Notes under the pieces: generated by a model
What the model was told of the DNA's origin: nothing
Database searches by the model: none
Seen by the model: only the letters and a program-made list of their open reading frames with translations
Made by a program: the position numbers and the translations under genes
Assembly: GCF_964204865.1 (NCBI RefSeq)
Contig: NC_135261.1
Span: 16,244,001 to 16,308,000, forward strand
Reading direction: 5' to 3'
Length of the DNA: 64,000 nucleotides
Origin: Styela clava
Lineage: Eukaryota
In this document: piece after piece, positions 26,901 to 37,813 of the stretch
Layout: each line of letters begins with the position of its first letter
How positions within the stretch are numbered: the first letter of the stretch is position 1

Positions 26901-27583
26901 GCTGGGAATTTTTTCTCAGCTATCTCGGCTTTGCAGCCTCATGCTTGACAACAATTTCATTATTGTGATTGCGCTCACTCGAGCACGACGTTGCGAGACA
27001 AAACTGACATATCTTTTCACTTCACACTTCTTTTCTGACAGACTCGATTTGATGGATATTTTTACATTTAAATATTTCTCTCCTGACTTACTCTCTCGAT
27101 GCGATTTATATTTCCCATTTATACATTTCTCTCTCGATTCAATTTACGTTTCCCAAATTTCTTTCATCCAACATGACATGTTTAATTAACAACTAGTTGA
27201 ATTATTTGACGTTTTTGACATCTTCTGCTGAACTTGCTTCTGCAATTATGGTGTCGCTGACACGATGACTTGATAGTCTTTCGCGGCTCCTCGTCAATTG
27301 CAGTCGAAGCATTGTGTGTGTTTTTTTGGGACTCGATTTATTAGTATTTTTGTTTACAATGTTTCATGTATGACGAAAATAAAATATCTGAATATCAGTT
27401 GAACGACAATGCCTAACAGTTATATGTTCTCCGTCTATCACATTATTTTTTGTACTTAGGTGTAAAGTCTCATTAGAAGACTTGAATGGAAGCCCATACG
27501 ATGTCGAAATTCAGACATACACATGGAGCAGAACCGCACATCAAAATGGGCTGCGTTATATCGGTACTGCTTACGTGTTATGA
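20999..27583 (+). CDS. ENDOU: EndoU-family endoribonuclease paralog B (signal peptide + SMB + Cys-rich module + EndoU), 9 exons, 377 aa
   Basis: GT-AG exons 20999-21077, 21461-21608, 22004-22080, 22268-22403, 23214-23413, 23830-23929, 24137-24275, 25037-25167, 27460-27583 (1134 nt, open). Catalytic His-His-Lys motifs FEHVFLGE, GFHNW, GHRK; C-terminal YIGTAY. Exons 2-9 have the same lengths as in paralog A. Confidence 0.93.
24446..24590 (-). mobile_element. SINE family, 3' portion
   Basis: Reverse complement matches the copies at 40105-40245 and 41100-41405 (GACATGGACTGGTAAC.GGACGAGAGGCCGTGG..CTTATCGGCTTTCCTCTC..ATAAATATGTAAATCCTATC). Confidence 0.75.
25430..26790 (+). mobile_element. Degraded non-LTR retrotransposon (CR1/L2-like) reverse transcriptase fragment in the last intron of EndoU-B
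   Basis: Frameshifted RT motifs in order: YRPISIL, QFRFQ, FLD..KVFDTVNH, PQGS..LF..LIND, NKLTLNVNKSKTM, FKYLGI.ID. Confidence 0.85.
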
Positions 27584-28349
27584 AGAATTGAGAGCAAGCA
27601 GAAAAGCGTAAATCTTGTCTAATATCTACCTAAAAAGAGAACATTAAGAATAGAATTAGCCAAAACTAATAGTAGCATGTACACATTGAAATTTATAATA
27701 TCTCACGCGAACTAACAAAATTGACGGCAAAAAATATTAACTTTGAATGTCAATGCATGGTTTGTCACGCATGGTTCGATTTTGCAATATTTGCCTATTT
27801 GGGATGCTATCTTTTAATCAATAGGCTTTTTTAGAACACGGGGCAACACAGTTTAGTAATTGTTGCAATATTTATATAAAAAAAATTATAACTTTAAAAA
27901 AACTGCTAGGAATAATGAAATTTCTTGTTTCAAGTTCGAACAAATATGTTTGTGGGGTAATTTTTTACCTTCTTTCTTGATAAATCGTTCTGCGTAGCGA
28001 CAAAAATCATTTTCAGTCAGGTCGTAAATTTGATATTTTCTGCTCTTTTACTTCTTTATCGTGCCTGTCCAATTATATAATACACAATAGATATATCAAC
28101 ACCAGGATCCATGTGAATTGATTTACAGTATATATATATACTAAACTACAACATAAAAATATATATGCTATTTTATATTTCATGATCATACATTTCTGTA
28201 ATCCGACACTTGGAAAAACAAATTACACAACCATGCAATACAATTTTATTAGCTAATTTGGGAAGAAAATTTTGGGTGAAATTAAAAATAGGACAATGGA
28301 ATTATTCTTGTCGTTTTGTTTTGTTCAAATCTGACTAGCTATTTTAGGC

Positions 28350-28735
28350 AGTGTGTTGTCGATGAGGTTTTGCGTTTTCCGTTTAAATTCCCATGAACAG
28401 ATGTTTTCACAACAAGTTTGAGTAAATCCCTCGCGCATTTTTCACCACGTTTGGAATGTCTGCATTTATGCGTTCAGACAGAGGTTCTGCTTTTATGAGT
28501 CAGAAACTTCGCTCTTTTGTTATTGGCGAAGGTATTGCCATGAAACGTTTGCCTGTGCAACTGTGTCAGATAATCCACGTCTGTATGTTCTATATACTTC
28601 GTTGGATGTCAAGACAAATTCTTTATAGAAAAATGAGCAAGAAGTTAAAAAGCGAACCTTTCATTGCTGGGTGAAGTCGTGCTTCTGGAAGCAAATTCAA
28701 AATATGCCCGTGTTCACTTTCCCAATGGCAGAAAA
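28350..28735 (+). mobile_element. Degraded LTR-retrotransposon (Gypsy-like) integrase fragment
   Basis: VVDE..RFPF, FGMSAFMRSDRGSAFMSQKLRSF...GI (integrase SDxGxxF core), then EVVLLEANSKYARVHFPNGR; interrupted by stops and frameshifts. Confidence 0.7.
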
Positions 28736-30540
28736 AAAACTATGGTGTCAAAATTGTACAGATAAACAAAGTACCAATGGTATAAAACATAAAGCATCAT
28801 GGTCGGGGACAAATTTAGACAATGATAGGTCAGGGATACCAAGTCATAAAGTGACCCATTTTTCGGAGACACGTCAAGTTACCGAAACCGACTTATATCT
28901 GTGCCATTATGCAAGGTTACATCAAACTCGCAAGAAATACAAGGCATGGCGTGGGCATAGTACAAATTGCTGGATGCAAAAAAATAGTAAAATGCTGAAA
29001 TTCGTGGCACACTTCGTACATATCTTCTTATAACACGTCGCATTCGTCGTCGGCGACGGGTTTTCTCAGTTTACATTTTACTATTCTATTTTGGTTAACA
29101 CCGTGACAATTTGTTTGTTACCTGATTACTAATACATATGATGTAACACCGCTCATCGTCCGGTTGCCAGCCCGGATAAGGTGTGACAGTAAGTAATGTA
29201 CCAGTTCACCGTTGTGGTTACATGGACTTGTTTGGACGGCGCAGATAGCGCTAGCCAATCTGTAGTAGGCAGCTTGCTTTATTACGACATCTCTTTATCT
29301 GCGATTCATAAACCAATGATGCACAGGATGTTTTCAAACTCAAGGAGTGTGTTAAATATTCAATCACATATTAGTTAACTTTTTAGGCGCACTAGTGCGG
29401 CGCGGCGGCACCTTTGAGAACCGCTGCCGTAGGGCATCTCGCGTTATAATGCAACATGATAGTTTCGAATTCTGAATCGCTTTCTTTGTATAATTCAGTA
29501 AACAGACGAAAGTTCAGAGCGTCCGCATATTATGCGAACTTTAGGACTTCACCTGAATGTCTACAATCCACACAGCACTGTGGATTCCTAACAATTCACG
29601 ATCAGGTTCATATGCATTTCATAAACAATGGTCAACATCTATTTATATTTCCTGTAATGAACTTGATACAATCACAAACCTTTGGTACTCAATAAAATCT
29701 TCATAATGGTGTCTTATTTTCGAGACAAAAACACTGTACTAGCGGACCCCTAAGTGACCGCGAACCCCAATTTGAGAATGTTTTAGACTTAGAAGGTATA
29801 CGAGAAAGAGATAGTAAGTGAAAAAAAAACTTATTTTTCAGGATTATGAAAATTAAAGAACAAGGAAGTCCGGTATACAATTAATATTTTCATTCGATTT
29901 GTTTTATCAATAAAGATAATAATATGTTTGAGAAGTAAAACCAGATAAAATTAATGTCTCCACTACCGCTCACTTTTTCGATTCCAAAATTGGCCCAATA
30001 TTTAAGCACATAAAACAATAGTACAATAAGTGTCTGTGAAACGATCTTGAAATCTGTGAAAAATTTGATCCTAAGTTAGGCTCCTTGGCGTAGTTATTTG
30101 ATCTTTGTAACTTTATATTTGAGCATTGCTCTCTTGTTCACTGATAGCCTGCATGCATCTCCATCGCGTAATTAAAAGTTATTTTAATATTATTTTAATT
30201 ATCAACCACGCACAATATATATACTTACTTGTGCGAAGTAGTTAAAGCCTTATCTCTACTTCCATTATTGCGTCATTCATTACGTCATATACGTAATTTG
30301 TATGTTAACGTTGGTGTGATCTGCCAGCGATAGGTAAATCCCGCACAGTGACATTAACAATATTATTAGGTAACAGTTGATTATTACGTCACAGAGAACA
30401 TTACAAATCACCGAAATAGCTCTAAATCTCAAATTATTCGTTTCGAGATATCGTGGACAATAATGGTTGTTTTATCGAGATATTCGAATACGAAAATGTT
30501 CCTTGCTTGAGCAAAGAAATTTGATTCAGAATAAAAGAAG

Positions 30541-33500
30541 ATGGGAGTAGGAGAAAAATTGAAGAGGTGGATCTTTTGCAGAAAAAGAGCAAAGGATTAT
30601 GAAGTTGATTCATCGCAAAGTTCAGATAGAAAAAAGGTTGTTAACATTTGAAAAAAAAAATTAATTGATGTTCATTATTGAAATTTAATGAAAGTTTAAT
30701 TACATGTTACACATTGCGAGCGAAGGCTCTCATCATATTTAGAGTCGGTTTAAAAGTTGTGATGAAGTAGTAGAAATCTCTCGTTCTCCGCGTACATAGC
30801 GTGGTGAGAATTAAGGGTTTACCCGGTGCATTGCTCATATATCCGAGACCGAGATAAAATTCTTTGTACATTCTTTAATGATATTAGCTACGGCGCTAAA
30901 TATCAATATGGGAAGAACGTTCAAACATACACTTGTTTAATTTTCCCCGATTTCGAAGATATAAATAAAATTTCAAATCAGGTTTTTGCTGTCGTCTCAT
31001 CTCAATCGGAATAAAAATGTGTGTTTGTGACGTCACACAAATATAATAATCATACTTCCCTAGGTAGAGCAATATTGATTTTGTAGGGCGTTGAGAGCGA
31101 TACTTGAATTAATAGTATTCACATAATTAAAGTAAAATTTTACAAAATAATGAACGGGTTGAAATATAGTATAGCTACTGAACTTACCGACTTTTTCGTT
31201 TTCTACAGAAACGTAATGCGAGGCTTCAACGGTGGATGTGGCTGGCGACACAAGTTTTGCTGGTTCGTAACTCTCATGCACACAGGCGATTGTCTGACTA
31301 GTTTATTTGGATTTGAATATGAAATTCAAGTTTAAGAATGTAGCGTTTATTATATTGGTGATGTAAACTTTCGGACTTCATTCTACAGTAATGTCAAAAT
31401 CTGGGATCATAATAACGATTTATTCACTGTTTAACTATCGTTTTAGTCGCCATTTTTCTGCATTGGAGGACAAAAACGTCCGAACGATGATTTTGATCCG
31501 ATAGTTCTGGATTTTGGTTTCGGCGACAATGAAATATGGATAGATCCAATGACTTATAACAATGAAAGAACTCAGGATAAAACAGCTGCTGGTGATAATG
31601 TAATAATGATTTTGTAATGTTTTTTTTGTGACAATTTTCTTAAATAATGAATGGTAGGACGCCTAACAGTTATTCAAGTGGAGCTCATGATTTTACGAAA
31701 ATTAGTGAATAATTACAGCAGTGAATAATTAAACGTTTTCAACTAAATAATATTAATTGCAGGTCAGTGTTTTATCTGGAGATTCTCTCGTGGTTCTGTT
31801 TGGTCAAAAGAAAAAGGAGGAAAAGTTGCTGAAAAAAGAACCTTTGGTATGAGATATCATTTTCATTTGAGTTATAAAAGATTAAACTAAAGCATTATGT
31901 AATACCAATGTGATATCAAATGTAAATGAGACCGTAACAAAATATTCTCAATATAAATTATTTTTAACTTTGATAGAACACAAATGAAATGTTTGTAAAA
32001 TAGAGTGTATTCTGTAATAGACTATTCCCATAATGTCATCCATTGAATACGTTTCTCTTTTATTCCAGGACATCGAGAGTATAAAAGTAAAAATTATTGA
32101 AAGAACGAAATCGTTCGAGGTTTGGTTTGTATAAAGTCTTTAAACAAATTTGTGATATTTGATTAATATCTGACGAAATATTCTTGTAATATTGCATTTC
32201 TGTAAAGACCCATTTATAAGTCTGTCGATAATACATAGCCACAAGCACAGTGTAGTGGTGGCTACCTTTAATGATCCTGGCATTCCCGATTACAGAAGCT
32301 CGATTATCGTTGAAATTCTGTTGTATAATTGACAACACCCGATTAATCTTTCAATATTTATAACACTCACCCTTCTTATAAAAAATATGGTACTCCGGTA
32401 GTAAGTATGTGAACCAAGATGGTGGACACCGGAACGTAGTATGTGTACCAGGTTTGGGTTAGGCCATAATTTCAGGTACAAATACTACGGGAATCATTTA
32501 GCTATTCCCCAAACTCGTAGTAGAACTAAAATAAGGAAAATTAGAATAAAATTATGGCTTAACCTTAACCTGGTACACATACTACGTTCCGGTGTCAACC
32601 ATCTTGATGCATATACTACGGGAGCGCCAAAAATAGTAATACGCAGTATTAAATTTATTATATAGAATCTTCCAGGAATGGTGTTTGATGAAAATGAACT
32701 CGTTTTGGAAAATTTGAAGGTAACACAAGTTGAGTTTAAATCTCGAAGTAGAAAAATTAATTTGAATAATGAACAATAATATTTCAACTATATATATATG
32801 ACTAATACTATGAGTTCAAATAGAAGTAATCGTATTTAGAGAATAAATACGCAACATTATTTATATATATTCAAGTAATCAAGTTAATGATGAAAGGCCT
32901 TTGCGCTATACGTTTCAAAACTTCTCATGAACAGGGTAAAGTAACATACCGTCGTCCAAAGACAGCACCTCCAACACGAGAAGCAGCTCGTTACTCACCC
33001 GCCGAAGCATTTTGGACTCCACTTGATGACACTGGTATTGGTCTTCGTCAAATTAATCAGGAGCTTCCAAGTCTTCAACAATATGTGGAAGCACGCGAGG
33101 TAAAGAAAATAAAAATAAGTTAAGAAATCAAATCACTGCACCATGATGCACAAGGTACCCAAAAATATGGAATTAATAAATTCAAAACAGCAAACAAATT
33201 TCATTATTTTCAAGTTAACATGTTATTAAAACAAAAACTTATTACGGTTTGTAGAAAAAGAGACGACAAAGAAGATCGGCCACGGCTCACTCTTTTCCGA
33301 GCAACATCAAAAAATCCAGCATGGAAAACTTGCAGGTTACTGAATGTGGTGTTTTCTATCATTATAAACTACTACTAAATGGTGTCTATATATATTAAAG
33401 AAGAAAATTGCTTATCTAAAGGGAAAACGGAAAAAAAAGAATTAGAAAAAAATTGTGGTCTTTGTGTACAACCATATACTGTACTGTAAATATACCGTAT

Positions 33501-34446
33501 GCCATATACTGTAAAGTCGTAGAAGTTGGTCGACACAAAATAATTTAATTAATTACTTATTCATAATTTGAGTTTTTTTCAGATTATGAAAGACGTTAAG
33601 TTAACGCTCGATCATGTATTGGATAAAGTTTCAATTTTACAAGAGGTTCGTTAAACACATTTGAGGTGAAAACGTATAATAGTTAGTTTAGAATATATTC
33701 AGCAGACCCAATGGTTTATGACCAGAGGAAAAGTACTTCTTTTATTTAATAAAAAACGATAGAATAGATTCAAATATATTCTTATTTATGATTTGTTAGG
33801 TTGAAAATGAAGCAAAAGATTTCATCAACATGATAGTTGACAGAGTGTTAGAGATTGAAGACATCAAAGAAATTCTACAATCTCCGTTAAACTCAGTGAG
33901 TGGTAAACTGTTGGCAGAATAACGTGAATTAGCATGATTTACTTGTGTATTGCTATAATACCATTATCATTTTTTCACAGTAAATTTCCAAACTATCCTT
34001 CATATGATAAAGCTATTGTTTCTCATTCAAATAAATAGCTAGCATATTCCAAGCTACACAACCTTATTGCTACTTATGACGTTTATGAAGTGAATTAATA
34101 CGAAGCAATTTCTTACAATCTCCTCATTTTGTTACGTCTACTTAATTTCAGGAAAGCGATTTGTTTTCATCAATGTCTTCAGACTGTGATAGTCTTGATA
34201 TAACCGATTTGTTGTGCGACATTGACGAAATTGAGCAGGTAAGAACATATGGTCGTAAGAACATAAGAATATATGGTTTTTGGATACACAGACAGTTTAA
34301 TTATTCGAAAAAGAGTGCTCTTGTAGATAAGCTGTTTTGGTATTTAATTAAATTTTTCTCTAACTTTGCAGAAAAGTAATCTTCAGCAACCATCCGACGA
34401 TAAAGAGAGTGGACAATGTTTTGTTGCTGATGATAACCAGCTCTAA
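30541..34446 (+). CDS. Uncharacterised protein, 12 exons, 352 aa, all introns phase 0
   Basis: GT-AG exons 30541-30636, 31209-31262, 31447-31599, 31763-31846, 32069-32119, 32666-32719, 32935-33099, 33255-33335, 33583-33645, 33800-33895, 34152-34238, 34372-34446 (1059 nt), each a multiple of 3 and stop-free. Starts MGVGEKLKRWIFCRKRAK, ends FVADDNQL*. No family recognised; individual small exons may be optional. Confidence 0.75.
32389..32628. mobile_element. Palindromic MITE with GG termini (Merlin-like family)
   Basis: Long inverted arms (AAGATGGTGGACACCGGAACGTAGTATGTGTACCAGGTT..) and 8-bp TSD AAAAATAT/AAAAATAG. Relatives at 42461-42669 and 57903-58006, partials near 9210-9268 and 39390-39505. 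Confidence 0.8.
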
Positions 34447-35965
34447 CAAATGAGATGAATACCGGGTTCTATTTATGATTTTCCTCCTTGTCTTTTTTTA
34501 TTTTCTCATGTATTCAAATACATTATTTTTGTCTCACTTTGTTGTTGTCACTTCAATTTAATTTCGGGTAATGTGAAAGGCGTGGTCATCACTTAAACTG
34601 ATTCTCTCTTGGCATTGCTGGTCTTGTCCAGTAGCCTATCGGTTTGGCAGTCCAATTTTGCTCTGTTCGCTTTTCTTATTCCAATGTGTACATTTTTATT
34701 ATTACATTTTTATTATTACAATTTTCAATAATTTGTTTTGAAAAAACGCCAGGAATCACTAGACTACTAGAGCATTTATACTCGATTGATTCTTGTACAG
34801 CGAAGAAATATATCACAGGAAATTCACATTAGGCAGAACTATGATACCATTATTGGCATTTTTATCAGAACGATTACGATCTTAATTGAGCTAACTTGCT
34901 TCATTGACAAATATGCACTTTACGAAGACTAATTGTAATGTACAATGACAGTTTGGTCTTCCACGCGGCTTCGTATAGCAAAAAGATTTTATGTTGTAAT
35001 AGGAATGAAACAGTCATCTTTTGTTGCGTGATATCCATTCTACGTTATTCTTTAAAATCATTAAAGTGGCTATGTCCGCTATGCTCGTCCTAAAAAAGCT
35101 ATGTCTCTACTAAAACGTTCTTAGTAAAATTGCTATGCCTCTACTGAAATCGCTATGTCCGCTATGCCTCTACTAAATGGCACTGCTCGCTATGTCTCCA
35201 ATGTGCGTCTTCTTATAATACTACGTTGAAACCTGATTTTACGGGTATATGAACACAAACAACTACAACTGTAGAAATATTGCCTGGGCAGTGGGCACTC
35301 TCGTCGGTACCAGGGAGGAAATTCGACTACATGAACTACTCGACTACCGAGAAGATTGATAAGTTGTCCGTATTGTCACATTTTCTATGGCGACGTTGCC
35401 TTTGTTGGCGTTTCTGAATTTTGTTTAGACGACGAATGTGAGCTTCGTAGCCGAATAGGAAGCCGACGGTCGCATGAGTCTCAACTCGCCTGCAAGGCAA
35501 TCGATATCTATCCAACCCTCACCAGCCGGACCAATTGCTCACGAAATTCGATATCATTGATCGAGTTGCAGGCAAATTAACTACTAGGTGGAGAGAAAGC
35601 ATGGTATCAAAAAGACTGTACAACCTTATCACACAGCGAGCTTTGCAAAGCAGGTGCGAAATACGGAGAGCAACCGCGCGAACTGATAGTGAAAAAGCTG
35701 CTGTCAGCATCGGTCAAAGGTCATGAAGTTGGTAATTGTATACAGTAGTCGTTGTCGTTGTGGCTTTCCGTGGTGTACGGTAATTCTGATTTTTTTATTG
35801 TTCTTCCTTTGTATGATTGTGTTTTATTCAAGTAAATATTCAAAATTTAAGAGTGTCTGTGGCATCTCGGGGTTTATTTAGGATTTCATATTGTTCTCTT
35901 TTATGCATGTGTTTGATTAAGTAAATATGTTACCATATTCCATACCTGTTACCGTACCGGTACCC

Positions 35966-36610
35966 CAGTCTGGATTTCATGGCCTTTTCGAACGAGAAAT
36001 CGGGCGTGCAATCAGAAATTCCCGCGTGCAAATAAGAATTTCTGGCGTGCAATTATAGCTCACGGCGTGCAAAACAACTGCGCCCGCTAAACTGATTTCG
36101 AACTAAGATACGGTACCTCTCAATACATCCGCGTAAAAATAAGTTGGATCATAGCAAAAATGGACGTTTGACCTTTGACCCCCAAAACATTATTTCTATA
36201 TTTTGTCACTAATTTTGAGAGTGTTTGTGCGACTTTAGATACCGGTACTGTTCAGTACATCCGTGTAAAATTATTGTATTAAAAATACGCTGAATCAGAG
36301 CCATAACTGGCCAGCGTCGGTGAGGAGGCGATTTTTCTCACGGGATTCCTATCATTCAACACGATATGGTGATTTTTGCTTCGCATTTTTCGATGAGGCC
36401 AAATCTTGCAAGCAAGTATTAGTCGACAATTGTGAAGTTATAATTTTTTGGCATCTTTATATTACTAGATTATTGATTTAAAAACTATTTAAACCGATTT
36501 ACATTGGTGAGCAATTGCAAATTTTTGGCGTGCAAAATTGAATTCGCTCGCGTGCATTTTTGTGGAGCGCTAGCGCCCTCGGGCGTGCATCTGCCATGGA
36601 ATCCAGTCTG
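35966..36610. mobile_element. TIR element inserted in an (ACCGGT)n-like tract
   Basis: Ends CAGTCTGGATTTCATGGC / GCCATGGAATCCAGTCTG (2 mismatches); GCGTGCA repeats near both ends; TSD not clear. Confidence 0.6.
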
Positions 36611-37813
36611 GCCGGTACCGGTACCGGTACCACCTGTCTGCCTGTGCTGTACCGGTAATCCAGTGAGATTTGTTGAAAAATTTAGTTTAAATGAAGTTGC
36701 GGCGTGTAACAATATTTTGTGTTTCTTGTTTTTAGTTTATAATGCACTGTTAGTGTGAGGCTCTTTTTTGACCAGGATTTCATTACCGGTATTCAGTCAG
36801 TTTTCAGGCTCGCACAGCCGTCTGGTTTCAGGACGCCTTGCTGACAGCTCTTGTCTTAGGGAGAGTTGATTATTTATATACTTCCGTAAGGATTACAAAT
36901 TTTAACCTGAAATTTGTGAAAACTAACAAAGATCTTCTTAAATCAGCAAAATCACAATAAAAATTTAAATACCAAAAATACTAATTTCTTGTGTTTTTTG
37001 TTAAATATTTAAATCTACCTAGTGAAAATAGTACATTTCCCTGTTTTAGTTTATTTTGCATTTATGCGTTAAAGAATCAACATCTCACAACTTTCGTTGA
37101 TTATCATAAATTTATTTGCAGTTTGGAAAATAACGGTGCACGAAGCACAGCGCGCACTGTTTCTTTTGACGTTATTCGTGTTTCACAAGCTTCTGTTGCA
37201 TCATTTTTCGAATTCTAGACATTAAGATTAAAGTGTCCCGGAATGGTTTAACACAAAGTTGGCAACCCTATCTGACAGCCTGACTATGTCACCAAAAATC
37301 ACGCAATGTAGCTAGGCTATACTGGTAATTCACTTGCTTCGTATATCATCTCTTTTTCTTATGGACAACTATAGTTTTATCTTAATACATGTAATAACAA
37401 GTACTACCAACACAAAATTACAATTTATATTCAAAATTTGATAAGCCAATCTCACTTTCAGACTTTCTTTTTTGGGTGACAACATTAACCCAGCCTGGTG
37501 GTTCATTGAAGTACCCTTCACAAATATTAGCTTCACTTTATCGTTAGTACTATTATTTACATTCTTGCTCACTCTCAGACACTAACATTTAGACTGGCAG
37601 GTTTTCTAGTTTTTATTTTTCATTTTCTGAGCCAAATATAGAAAGAAAAGGTATGAAAGAAAGCAGTTGATTAATGAAAAGCTGGTATTTTTACTCTATG
37701 GTTATGGCTGTATGGTAGTGATCATAAGAATACAGAAATACCTTTACTGCTTTAAATTGTTAATCTTTTCTGTTGATATTTTGCAGTGATTGTACAAGAT
37801 AATAAATAGTAAA

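Noticed and set aside
10685-27583. Viral (NendoU) or bacterial toxin origin of the EndoU genes
   Set aside because: Eight introns, a signal peptide, an SMB domain and cellular-type motifs (FEHxFxGE, GFHNW) indicate ordinary animal genes.
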